From NCBI RefSeq assembly GCF_004010195.1, contig NC_057749.1, positions 13,452,543-13,516,542 of the forward strand: a stretch of 64,000 nucleotides of DNA, given 5' to 3'. The DNA comes from Chiloscyllium plagiosum (taxonomy: Eukaryota). Below, piece after piece: positions 52,200-64,000 of this stretch. The notes below the pieces were generated by a model. It had not been told where the DNA came from, searched no databases, and saw only the letters and a program-made list of their open reading frames with translations. Within the stretch, counting starts at the first letter, position 1. Every line of letters starts with the position of its first letter. The translations under genes were made by a program, and so were the position numbers.

Positions 52200-53600
52200 A
52201 AGACATAAGAGCAGAGGTAGCCACTCAGCTCATTGAGGCTGCTCTGCCATTCAGATGATTCCTGATCTGGTAATCCTCAAATCTACTTTCCTGTTTTTTC
52301 CTTATAACCAATTCCCTTGCTGATTAAAAATATCTATCTCATACACATGAATACACTTAATGACCCAGCTTCAGTAGACCTCTGCAAAAAAGGACACTGC
52401 GGATATACTACCTTCTAATCAGGGAAATTTCTCCACATTTCTGTTTTAATAATGATGTGGAGGTGCCGGCATTGAATTGGGGTGGACAAGGTCAGAAGTC
52501 AGATGACACCAGGTTATAGTTAAGCAGACTTATTTGAAATCACAAACTTTCAGAGCATTGCCCCCATGGTCAGGTGACTTCATCTTGTTGGACTATAACC
52601 TATGTCGTCGGAATTCATACCCTATTTTAACAAATGCAACTCCTTATTTTGAGGTTATGCCTTCTGATCCTAGACAAAAGGAAACAACAAATTTGCATCA
52701 TCCCTGTCAAGTGCCCTAAGAAACTTTATGTTTCAATAAATTCACCTGTCTTTCTTCTAAATTCCAATGAGAACAAACAGGCTCACGCTACTCAACCTAT
52801 CAAAAGACAGTTCCTCCATACCAGGTATCAACCTCCAATGCCAGTACATCTTTCCTTCGTTAAGCGGCCCAACATTGGTCAGGGTAGGAAACTAAAACAG
52901 AAGTTGCTGGAGAAACACACTTTCATAGATGCTCCCAGACCTGCTGTGTTTCTCAGCAATTCCTGTTTTTGTTTCATATTTCCAGCATTCACAGTTCTTG
53001 GCTTTATTTTACTGCTCAGAGTCATCCAGTTGTAGCTTGGCTCATGGCTGGCATGGTTTTAGCAAAATCGCCCTATTTTCAAACTCTATTTCTTTTGAAA
53101 TAAAGGCTAACATCCCACTTGCCTTCCCCAGGACCAGCTAAACTTGGATTCAAGCTTTTTGTGATTCATGCTTGATGACTCCCAAATGCCTCTATTCTGT
53201 AACTTTCTGCAGTTTTACACATTTAAATAGTATTCAGCTTCTCCAATCTTCCTGCCAAAGTACTAAATCTCATATTTTCCCACATTATATTTCATCTACT
53301 AAGTCTTTGCCTACTCACTCATACTGTCTAAATCCCTTTGCTGACTGTCATCCTCTCACTTACTTTTGTACCATCTGTAAATTTGATTATAATAGATTGA
53401 CTTTTCTCATCCAAATCATTAACATATATATTAAATAATTATGGCACCAGCACTGATCCCTGTGGCACTCTACTAGTTACAGTTTGCCATCTAGAAAATG
53501 GTCCCTTATCCCAACTCTATTTTCTATTACTAAGCCAATCCTCTATCCATGCTAATATACTACCTCCAACACCATGAGTTCTTGCCTCATTAAGCAGAAA
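52200..53600 (-). mobile_element. Old CR1 fragment with nested Penelope-derived inserts
   Basis: cagcactgatccctgtggcactc is the reverse complement of the GVPQGSVL coding motif. CR1 3' UTR near 52200. Confidence 0.8.
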
Positions 53601-54750
53601 AATGCGTAGTACCTTGTTCTCAAAATCAAACATATTAGCAAAGTTCTGTTAGCTGAGCAAGAGGCCTTGTTAGAACCATCTAGTCAATCTACGCTCACAG
53701 ACCAGAGGAAGGATTGGCACACTGTATAGCTGAGAGACATGCAATAGATTGAAACAGCTCAGCCACTTTCCTAAGTGTGATGTCTCAGCCCTCAAGGTGA
53801 ATTTCATTATGAGATCTTCTTTTGTCCATATGGCTCAGCAGCTCACCGATTTAAACAATTGAGCTATCAGGGAACATTGTTCCAATTTCTTAACTCTACT
53901 CAGGCTAGGTGTAAGTTTGGCAAGACGTTTAGAAAGATGTATACAGGTATTGAATATTCAAGGAGGCAGTATTGACCATCATCACAGTTGGAGGTAATTA
54001 CCATTCTATTGCTTTGCTTTTGTCACATTATGGCTAAAATAAAAGGGAAAAGTGACGATACTTTTTAACATAGGTATATAAATATCTGGTCTTGTGATCT
54101 GGTAAGCGTTATCAGAATGATTGGTGGAAGCAGGTTAAGTGGAACTTTCGAAGAGGAATTGCATTGATACTAGAAAAGGAAAGTCTTGGATATAAAAGAC
54201 CCTAGAAGAGAAGTAAGGCTCTAATTAGACAGCTTCTTGAAAGAGCTAGCACAACTACAATGGCCTCCTATATTGAAAGAATCCATGATGCATTTCAGTA
54301 TCATTACAATATCAATTTGAACATAGCATTTATATTTTAATCTATGTCCTATTGGGCCTTGGAGGATACCTTGATTGCAGCCAGCTAGATTTATCCAGTC
54401 GTTGAAAGTGTGATGCTGCAGGTGAGGCAGCATCTGAGGAGCAGGAGATTCGACGTTTCAGGCATAAGCCCTTCATCAGGAATGATGCCCAAAACGTCGA
54501 ATATCCTACTCCTTGGATGCTGCCTGACTTGTGCTTTTCCAACACCGCACGCTCGACTCCGATCTCCAGTCCTCATTTACTCCTGGATTTATCTAGCATG
54601 CAACTCATGTGAATTGACTACACCTCAGGTGAACTGACTACATCAGTGACTCTAACCAGGAGCTGAAAGCATGGGGAAACACAGCATTTTTGGACCAGTG
54701 AAACTCTCTGTTACTTTGCAAGTTGAAATGTTAGCAATATGACACCCAAG

Positions 54751-55043
54751 GGGCAGCACGGTGGCTCAGTGGTTAGCACTGCTACCTCACAGCGCCAGGG
54801 ACCCAGGTTTGATTCCCACCTTGGGTGACTGTGTGGAGTTCGCACATTCTCCCCGTGTCTGCATGGGTTTCCTTCCACAATCCAAAGATGTGCAGGTCAG
54901 GAGAATTGGCTATGCTAAATTGCCCATAGTGTTAGGTGCATTAGTCAGGGGTAAATATAGGTTACGGGAATGGGTCTGGGTGGGCTACTCTTCAGAGGGT
55001 CGGTGTGGACTTGTCGGGCCAAAGGGCCTGTTTCCTTCCTGTA
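54751..55043 (+). mobile_element. HE1-type SINE
   Basis: tRNA-like head, core and tail present. Further copies: 1-165(+), 4820-5117(-), 22605-22894(-), 25178-25490(-), 42200-42517(-), 43850-44143(-), 44775-44985(+), 45195-45390(-), 45400-45520(+), 45525-45729(-), 47220-47566(-). Confidence 0.9.
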
Positions 55044-55609
55044 GATAAGCTAAACTTGACATCTGCTGAAATGTGTCCCAGTTTCTGATAAACTTAGCAA
55101 ACGTTTTCAACTAAACATGAATCAGAGAGATGTTCATGAATAAAATTGTGCATTAACAATAATTGAGAACCACTGTTAGGATCTGCCATCTTTTAAACGA
55201 ATAAACCTCAAATGCAACCACTAAAACTATGTTGGACAAAGGGGATCCTTTTACTTGTATCTATATCAGTTCCATCTTCCCCACAACAAAATCACTGTTA
55301 ATTGGTTTTGTCTCAACACCTAATCCTGGCAACTCTTCAGCTGTCAATTAGCTAACTCGTCTGAAAGAAAATATACCGGTAAATTTCAGTTTTCAATTTG
55401 GTCTGAGTCTTGATGCCTCTCCACTTTCAGGTATCAAACTGTTATCTTGGATGTACTCGGTTCTGTTGAACATTTTCATATCCAAGCTTTCTCCATTACA
55501 GGATTAATTTGTGTAGGGGACGAAATCCAAGGAAAAATGTTGATGAGTATTATTTTCTAAAAGAGCATAGCAATATACAGTTTAGGAACTAGAAAAAAAT
55601 TTTGAAGTT

Positions 55610-58600
55610 AAGTTACGGGCATCGCTGGATATCAGAGTGCGTCTGGGAAAATTAAAAAAGTGAAATTCACAACTAATCTTGGAGGAACCTGTTTGGGAGA
55701 GGTCACAGCACAGAAATAGATAAGTGATTATTTTAAGTGTGGTTACAGTAAGTCTGCGGTAGTGAGTACAGTGGGTTCTTTCTTGATTATGTTATATTGA
55801 GATATGTCTCTTGATTAAACTTAAAAATATAAGCCATAAGTATTAATTTAAACTGGAGCAGTGTTTTGCAGAGGAATAACACAGAACTATTTTCTGGGTC
55901 TGTAGGCTGAAAGAAGCAAAAATGGCCTTTAGTAGAGCGATATGCTGTTCTTGTCAGATGTGGGAGTTTAGGGAGAGTTTACGTGTTACTGGGGATTATA
56001 TCTGCAATAAATACCATTGGTTGTGAATCCTATCAGATCGAACGAATTGGTTGGAGAGACAGTTAGAGGCATTGAGGAATTCCCAAGAGCAAGGGGATGT
56101 GATGGATGGCAGTTATAGGAAGGGAGAAAAGTTGAAGATACAGTCACATAAGTGGGTTAACTCCAGGAAAGGTAAGAGAGGTAGGCAGCTAGAGCAGGAG
56201 TCTTCTGTGGCTATCCTCATGTCAAACAGGATGCTGTTTTGGAAAATGTGGGGGGTGTGGGTATGGATTCTCAGGGAAACGTAGCATGAACAGCTACGTT
56301 TCTGGTATTGAGACTGGCTCTAATACAACGAGGGGTATGTCGAGTTCCAAAAGATCGATCGTGTTAAGGGACTCTTTAGTCCAAGGTACAGATAGATGTT
56401 TCTGTGGCCAGCAGTGAAAAATCAGAATGGTGCGTTGTTTCCCTGGTGCCAGGATCAAGGATGTCTCAGATAGGATGCAGAATGTTCTCAAGGGGGAGAG
56501 GGACCAGCAGGAGGTCATTGTACACATTGGAACCAATGACATCAGAAGGGAAAAGGTTGAGATTCTGAAGGGAGATTACAGAGAGTTAGGCAGGAAGTTA
56601 AAAGGGAGGTGCTCGAGAGTAGTAATACCTGGATTACTCCTGGTGCTATGAGCTAGCGAGGGCAGGAATAGGAGGATAGAGCAGATGAATGCATGGCTGA
56701 GGAGCTGCTGTATGGGAGAGGGATTCACACTTCTGGATCATTGGAATCTCTTTTGGGGTAGAAATGACCTGTAGAAGAAAGACGGATTGCACCTAAATTG
56801 GAAGAAGACTAATATACTAGCAGGGAGGATTTAAACTCATAAGGTGGGGGGGCTGGGAAAGAGATCAATCTGAGACTGGTACAGTTGAGAACAGAAGCGA
56901 GTCAAACATTCAGAGCAGCAAGGACAAAGCAGAGAACAGATTAAACTGCATTAATTTCAATGCAAGGGGCCTAACAAGGAAGGCAGATGAACTCAGGCCA
57001 TGGTTAGGAACATGAAATTGCGATATCATAGCAATTACAGAAATGTGGCTCAGGGATGGACAAGACTGGCAGCTTAATGTTCCAGGATACAATTGCTACA
57101 GGAAGGACAGAAAAGGAGGCAAGAGAGGAGGGGAAGTGGCGTTTTTGATAAGGGATAGCATTACAGCTGTACTGAGGGAGGATACTCCCGGAATTACATC
57201 CAGGGAAGTTCTTTGGGTGGAACTGAGAAATAAGAAAGGGATGATCATCTTACTGGGATTGCATTATAGACCCTCTAATAGTCTGAGGGAAATTGAGAAA
57301 CAAATTTGGAAGGAGATCTCAGCTATCTGTAAGAATAATAGGGTGGTTATGATAGGGGATTTTTACTTTCCAAACATAGACTGGGACTGCCATAGCGTTA
57401 AGGGTTTAGATGGAGAGGAATTTGTTAAGTGTGTACAAGAAAATTTTCTGATTCAGTATGTGGATGTACATACTAGAGAAGGTGCAAAACCTGACCAACT
57501 CTTCGGAAATAAGGCAGGGCAGGTGTCTGAGGTGTCAGTGGGGGAGCACTTTGGGGCCAATGACCATAATTCTATTAGTTTTAAAATAGTGATGGAAAAG
57601 GATAGACCGGATCTAAAAGTTGCAAGTTCTAAATTGGAGAAAGGACAATTTTGACGGTATTAGGCAAGAACTTTTGAAAACTGATTGCTGACAGATGTCC
57701 GCAGGTAAAGGGATGGCTGGAAAATATGATGCCTTCAGAAATGAGATAAGAAGAGTCCAGAGAAAGTATATTCCTGTTAGGGTGAAAGGAAAGGCTGGTA
57801 GGTATAGGGAACGCTGGATGATTAAAGAAATTGAGGGTTTGGTTAAGAAAAAGAAAGAAGCATATATCAGGTATGGACAGGATAGATCGAGTGAATCCTT
57901 AGAAGAGTGTAAAGGCAGTAGGAGTACATTTAAGAGGGAAATCAGGAGAGCAAAAAGGGGACATAAGATAGCTTTTGCAAATACAGTTAAGGAGAATCCA
58001 AAGGGTTTTTACAAAATACTTTAAGGACAAAAGGGTAACTAGGGGGAGAATAGGGCCCCTCAAAGATCAGCAAGGTTGGCCTTTGTGTGGAGCTGCAGAA
58101 AATGGGGGATATACTAAATGAGTATTTTGCATCGGTATTTTCTGTGGAAAAAGACATGGAAGATATAGAATGTAGGGAAATAGATGGTGACATCTTGAAA
58201 AATGTCCATATTACAGAGGAGGAAGTGCTGGATGTCTTGAAATGCATAAAAAGTGGATAAATCCCTAGGACCTGATCAGGTGTTCTTCCAGAATTCTGTG
58301 GGAAGCTAGGGAACTGATTGCTGGGCCCCTTGCTCAGATATTTGTATCATCGATAGTCAAAGGTGAGGTGCTGGAAGACTGTAGGTTGGCTAACATGGTG
58401 CCACTGTTTAAGAAAGGTGGTAAGGACAAGCCAGGGAACTACAGCCCAGGGAGCCTGACATCAGTGGTGGGCAAGTTGTTGGAGGGAATCCTGAGGGAGA
58501 GGATGTACATATATTTGGAAAGACAAGGACTGCTTACGGATAGTCAACATGACTTTGTGCGTGGAAAATCGTACCACAAACTTGACTGTTTTTTTGAAGT

Positions 58601-59130
58601 AACAAAGAGGATTTATGAGGGCAGAGCGGTAGACATGATGGATATGGACTTCAGTAAGTCATTCAACAAGATTCCCCATGGGAGATTGGTTAGCAAGGTT
58701 AGATCTCATGGAACACAGGGAGAACTATCCATTTGAATACAGAACTGGCTCATAGGTAGAAGACAGAAGGTGGTGGTGGAGGGTTTTTTTCAGACTGCGA
58801 TCAGTGGAGTGCCACAAGGATCAGTGTTGGGTCCACTACTTTTCGTCATTTACATAAATGATTTGGATGTGAGCAGAAGAGGTATAGTTAATAAGTTTGT
58901 AGATTACACTAAAATTGGTGGTGTAGTGGACAGCAAAGAAAGTTACCTCAGATTACAACAAGATCTTGATCAGATTGGCTAAGAAGTGGCAAATGAAGTT
59001 TAATTTAGATAAATGCGAGGTGCTTCATTTTGGGAAAGCAAATCTTAGCAGGACTTATATACTTAATGGTAAGGTCCTTTGGAGTGTTGCTGAACAAAGA
59101 GACCTTGGAGTGTAGGTTCATAGCTCCTTG
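55610..59130 (+). mobile_element. Decayed near-full-length CR1 LINE (ORF1 with esterase-like domain; ORF2 APE endonuclease + RT), 3' end missing
   Basis: ORF1 from ~55922 (MAFSRAICCSCQMWEF; VLGDSLV; CFPGARIKDV; VIVHIGTNDI). ORF2 from ~56941 (NFNARGL; YRKDRKGGKRGG; GDFYFPNIDW; DHNSISF; PLFKKG.KDKPGNY; DFSKSF; GVPQGSVLGPLLF; FVDYTK for FADDTK). Many stops and frameshifts. The 5' boundary is approximate. Confidence 0.95.
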
Positions 59131-59139
59131 AAGTAGGTA

Positions 59140-60200
59140 ATGAGATAGTTGATACATGAATTATAACATTCTAAAAGAACATTAGATTTAGGGAAGGTTC
59201 CATTTGATTGGAGCTGAAAATGTGTTGCTGGAAAAGTGCAGCAGGTCAGACAGCATCCAAGGAGCAGGAGAATCGACGTTTCGGGCATGAGCCCTTCTTC
59301 AGGAATTCCTGAAGAAGGGCTCATGCCCGAAACGTCGATTCTCCTGCTCCTTGGATGCTGCCTGACCTGCTGCACTTTTCCAGCAACACATTTTCAGCTC
59401 TGATCTCCAGCATCTGCAGTCCTCACTTTCTCCATTTGATTCGAACACAGCAAATGTAACTCCTTTCTTCTAAAAGGACAGGAGTTAGAAAGCAGGAAAC
59501 TACAGACTAGTTAGTTCAAAATCTGTCATTGGGAAAGTGTTAAATGCTATTAAAAACATTATAGTACGGCATCAATATGGTTTTGTGAAAGGGAAATCTT
59601 AAGTCATTTATTAGAGTTCTTTGAAGGAGTAATAGATGCTGTGGAACAAAGAGAAACCAGATGAACTGTACTTACACTTACAGAATGTATTTGATAAGGT
59701 ATTATATCAAAGTTTATTGCAGAAGATAAAAGTTCATGGCTGTGGGATAAAGTATTGAAATGGATAGAAGATTGGCTAGTTAACAGTAAACAGAAAGTAG
59801 ATATAAATGGATCTTTTTCTGGTTGGCAAGATGCAACCAGTAGTGTGCCACAGGGATCAGTACTGGGGCTTCAATTTTTCACAATTTACTTAAATAACTT
59901 AAAAATGGGTAAAAGAAAGTAATTTATGAAAAAGACATAAGGAGGCTACAGAGGTATATACATAGTTCAAGTTAGTTAGCAAATTGATTTCTGGCAAACA
60001 ATGTGGAAATACCCATTTCGTCAGGAACATAAAAGCAACATGCAATTGAAATGTTATATTGCAGGCCTCTGAGATGCAGAGGGATCCAGATGCCTGGTGA
60101 ATGAATCTCAAAGGCTTAAATACTGATACAAGTAGGGAGGCTATGTTTCAGTTATATAGTGCACAGGAAAGACAACTTCTGCAGTATCTTGTACAGCATT
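59140..60200 (+). mobile_element. Older CR1 RT fragment, interrupted by a palindromic Penelope-derived insert
   Basis: gcaaatgtaactcct...ggaaactacagactagttag, tttgataaggt and gtgccacagggatcagtactgggg are degenerate CR1 RT motifs. Confidence 0.85.
59210..59430. mobile_element. Penelope-derived palindromic pLTR insert
   Basis: 190 bp palindrome 59211-59400 centred on ggaattcc. Direct repeat tccatttgatt at 59199-59209 and 59431-59441. Confidence 0.88.
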
Positions 60201-62803
60201 CCAAAAATACTTAACAGCCATTAGAGTGATTTTGAAGTGCAGTCAGTTTTACAACGCTTTGACCAAAATGACCACTGGCTCTTCAGAAAGTTCTTCCATC
60301 TTTATTTTCTTCACCACTGGTTCCCTATTTGCCATTTCTTTGACTGTCCGCCTTGCAAAGTTCTAAACAAGCTTTCCTTCACAAAGTGAGAATGCCCACC
60401 AAGATCTTGAGCCCCTAATCACCTACAGCAGTAGGATTTCTTCATTCACACTTTCGCAGATTCTGGCCATATTGATAGTTAGGAATCAGGTGCTGACCAA
60501 TCAAAGACTTTAAGGGAAGACCATTGAACATTCTTGGATGATCAGAAGCTAATCTCACTTTCACTCATCCCTTACAGTAAGCAGGAATGTTAATACAGAT
60601 GTGACATGAAATTCAGTAAGTTCATTAAATGTTATCAAGAGATCGGATTCAATTTTTTGAAGATTGTCAGCCTATATAAATTAACCTTAAACTGTCAAAG
60701 GACATCTTGCTAAGGAAAAGGAGTAGAACAACAAAGTTATACCTATGTGGAGCAGGAAATTTGACTGGAGTCATACAGTCTGGAAGACTTTCAATGAGAA
60801 GTCACAGAGCCTAGTCTGAGAAAGGGATAAATGCATTTTTGAACTGAGAGCATTTTTTAAACATCATTAATAGGATGTACACATCAGCGGCTGAGCCAGC
60901 ATTTATTGCCCATTCATGGAAGATGGTGGTGAGCTACATTCATGAATCCTGTAGTCCACTTGGTGGAGGTGAATGTGTAATACTGTGAGGGAGGGTGCTT
61001 CATGATTTTAACACCGAGACATCGGAGAAATGCCACCAAGTATTTTGGGGGAGTGATGGATTTTGCAGGTACAAATACATGGTATTCACATCTGTTTGCT
61101 GTCTTTCCCCTTCTAGATGGTAGTGGCCATGGTTTTGGAAGATGGTTTCTAAGGAAACCTGAGACATGCCTAAGAGGCAACAGATTAGAGTGGTGCTGGA
61201 AAAGCACAGCAGGTCAGGCAGCATCCGAGGAGCAGGAAAATAGCCCATGCTTCCACTCTTTCTTTGCACTTCCTCTCAGCAAGAGCTTGAGCTACAAGCT
61301 CACCAAGTTATTTTTACCATTTGGGAAGCGTTTGTGGAGTGGACTTTCTTGGAAACTATCCAATGTCTGAAGCAAAAGAATTTGGCCAACTATAACTGTT
61401 TCAGGAAGATACCTGTGTTAGTAGCTTATGGGTGCAGAACGACTTTGGAATCAGAATACTATTTCACATAATCTATGACTTAGCCTTTTCTTCATGAGTT
61501 TATTACCTGGCTAAAGTACTTTAAAGTTAACATGGCAGGGTTTCCATTTTGTTTCTCCTCAAAAATGTCAGATTTCGATCTTTTAAAAATAAACTATTTG
61601 CTTAATTCAAACTATCAATTATCCTTATATCTTTAAGTTGATTTTTGGTAATAAACCAGTTATTGTTTCTTCTAAAGAAACCTGCTGACTCTGTTCTTAA
61701 TATGCAACCTGAATCTCTGAGACCTGTGTAAGTGATCATCTCACAAGTCTGCTTAAATTAAAAATGTGCAGTGACCAGCAGAGAAACGCGACTAGAAAAA
61801 TAGAGGGATCCCTCCAACCTGGATCATAGCATTGTACATAAAATAAAATTTGGTTCTTGCTAAACCAAATGACCTTTGCTTGACCCATGCAAGATGCGGG
61901 ATAATAACTTATAAGAAATTATATTATGAAAGAACAAATTTGTTGTCTGACTTTCACTCTCAGATCATTCCAAAGTACTTTATAACTAATTAAGTATCTT
62001 TAAAGGGAAGTCACAATTATAAATATATAGAACTTTTGCAGCCAACCTTTGCACAGCTAGGTTCTGAAACAGTAATGTGAAAAATGTCCTTATAATTTGT
62101 TTGTTAGTGGTGTTCATAGAGATATAGGAGTTAGCTGAGCATCACAAAAACTGCCCTGCTCTTTGAACAGTTTAATGGAATTTATTACATCCATTGAGGG
62201 GGAAACTGAGGCCTCAGTTCCAATTTAAAAGAGGGATGCCCCATATCTACTCAGTACTACACTGAAGGGTAAGCCTGGAAAAGTTCACCAATTCTGGAGC
62301 AGAGCTTGAAATGATGGATTTTAGTGCTACCAGTGAATTCTTAAATTTATGCAAGGGAAAAATTAAAACCTGTCTCCTAGTTTCCCCATGATCTCCTAAG
62401 ATCTTAGTCTGTTAGTTCTCTCACTTGTAATCACAAAAGACATCATGACTGCTGTAAAAGATATTATACTTATTGGGAAAAATATATATATACAATTCTT
62501 TGAAGTTAACATTCCCCAAAATAATCTTGGAAGGTTCAAACAAATTTGATCACATTTGTCAACAGTCAACAAGTTCCTTCTTTTACAGAGAAGTCCTTGG
62601 TTGAAGAGGATTGGGCAAAATGCTTGAGGTTAATTGGCTTATCATCAGCATCTAAAACCCAAGTACTTATCACCAACTCCAATCACTTTGCATTTTCTCA
62701 ATAAATGATATATGCAACTTTAATCCATTTTGGTTCTATTTGTAGTTAATTATGTAACTGTTCTAATATTTGAGGACACGGATACAAGAGAATGATCTCT
62801 CAG

Positions 62804-62853
62804 TTTATTACAAAATATTATCCAGTTGATTGCCCCAAAATTTGACATTTATT
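62804..62853 (-). terminator. Candidate ETFA polyadenylation signals (two AATAAA on - strand)
   Basis: tttatt at 62804-62809 and 62848-62853, ~0.95 kb downstream of the ETFA stop. An ATTAAA also occurs at 63129-63134. Motif evidence only. Confidence 0.3.
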
Positions 62854-63788
62854 GTAACTGAATAAAATGTCTGCAGATAAATTGATTACTATTAACAATT
62901 TTTTTGATATTGTAATCTCATCCAGAAGACCAGCCTCACCTCCTCCCCTTTATAATATCACAGTGTCACATATAATTCCCAGATATTCATAGCCCTAGTC
63001 TTTTGCATATTTATCTGTAGTCATACCTCTCCCCTCTATAGTAGAGTTGTAATCATTCATTAACTGAAGAACTGTTGAGGTCACTCAACTCACATTGCAA
63101 CATGTTGGAATCTCAAATTAAAATTACATTTAATTACAACTTTTAAGGATTTTTAAATTGCAATGGGACAGAGTAGCTCGAGTAATCAAGTGCAGTGGAA
63201 TAACCAACATGATCTTCAGTCACTAGAACGTCTCCCCAAGTTATGAGTAAGAAATACAAACACACATCACAGCTGCATGTTGTTAGAGGAAACACAAATT
63301 AGCAATTCCACCAGAAGATGGTCACTATAATCCTGTAGGCTATGAGTTAAGAATCTTTTCTGGAAAAAGTTTTAGAAACAAGCTGATACATTGATAGCTT
63401 AAAAGGTTCACACCTGCCAGTCTCTCCCTAGGAAGGTGCTACATGAGATCTTGGGGTGGAGGGGGTGTTCAGAGGCAGTTTCTATTTACTCAAGTTATCA
63501 GTTGTGTAGATGGGCTTGGGGTAGGCAATGTGGTCATGTACCTCCTCTCTGTGTCAGATTTGGTACATACACAGGTAAGCAGTCAAATTCTGGAACCACA
63601 ATCCACTCAACTAAACAGATCTTCTAGTGTAATCAATTAGCTATACTGATTAATTTAGAGACCAAATTGGGTCTATCAAAATAATATTCAGCATTCATGT
63701 ACACACTATCTGTACATAATATTTAAACTGTACAGGTCCAATTAACGGATCAGCACCAGATTATTGATCAAACTGTAGAACTTTGAGA

Positions 63789-63824
63789 TTACTTCTCCAA
63801 TAGAGCCGTCATCTCTGGTACTGC
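63789..63824 (-). CDS. ETFA: ETFA (electron transfer flavoprotein alpha) terminal coding exon
   Basis: Minus strand reads ctcttgttttcctttgcag|GCA GTA CCA GAG ATG ACG GCT CTA TTG GAG AAG TAA = AVPEMTALLEK*. Recalled human last exon is VVPEMTEILKKK*. Strong acceptor, and ETFA is the convergent neighbour of TMEM266 in human. Too short for the ORF track. Confidence 0.85.
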   Translation of the reverse strand, partial: AVPEMTALLEK

Positions 63825-64000
63825 CTGCAAAGGAAAACAAGAGTAGTCAATATTGAACAATATCAACAATACTGATTATTAGGCATAATCCACTGGAACC
63901 CATTCAATGCATTTTTGAACATCTCTTTGAAAACATACATAAAATTAACAAAAGGTTGAACAATAGTGTTGCACATTCAAGAAAAACTTGCAATTACAGC

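Noticed and set aside
57043..58982. Active retrotransposon or host gene in the long ORFs
   Set aside because: Fragmented by stops and frameshifts, and the RT catalytic motif is mutated (FVDYTK). This is a dead CR1 copy.

Overview
Vertebrate, non-microbial DNA, almost certainly from a cartilaginous fish (shark). The basis is many HE1-type SINEs, CR1/HER1-type LINEs and SacSINE1/AmnSINE-like repeats. The window holds the last four coding exons of TMEM266 on + (11484-36571, cytoplasmic C-terminus) and the last coding exon of ETFA on - (63789-63824), tail-to-tail as in human. Gene identities come from my recall of the human proteins, not from a search. Most of the rest is transposon-derived: HE1 SINEs, CR1 and L2 LINE fragments including a decayed ~3.5 kb CR1, Penelope-like elements with minimal hammerhead ribozyme motifs, and solo LTRs. 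The most unusual structure is at 28.6-32.1 kb in the last TMEM266 intron. There a short solo LTR is split at its TATA-box region by a ~3.2 kb stack of poly(A)-tailed inserts, each bounded by a copy of the target motif (ATA(A/G)ACAGGAG). The inserts are mostly 3' ends of a probable Tx1-type retrotransposon, plus LTR-derived and SINE-derived pieces. Also notable are an inverted duplication with ~865 bp arms, a near-perfect 190 bp palindrome, and several smaller local duplications. Repeat boundaries were read by eye and are approximate.
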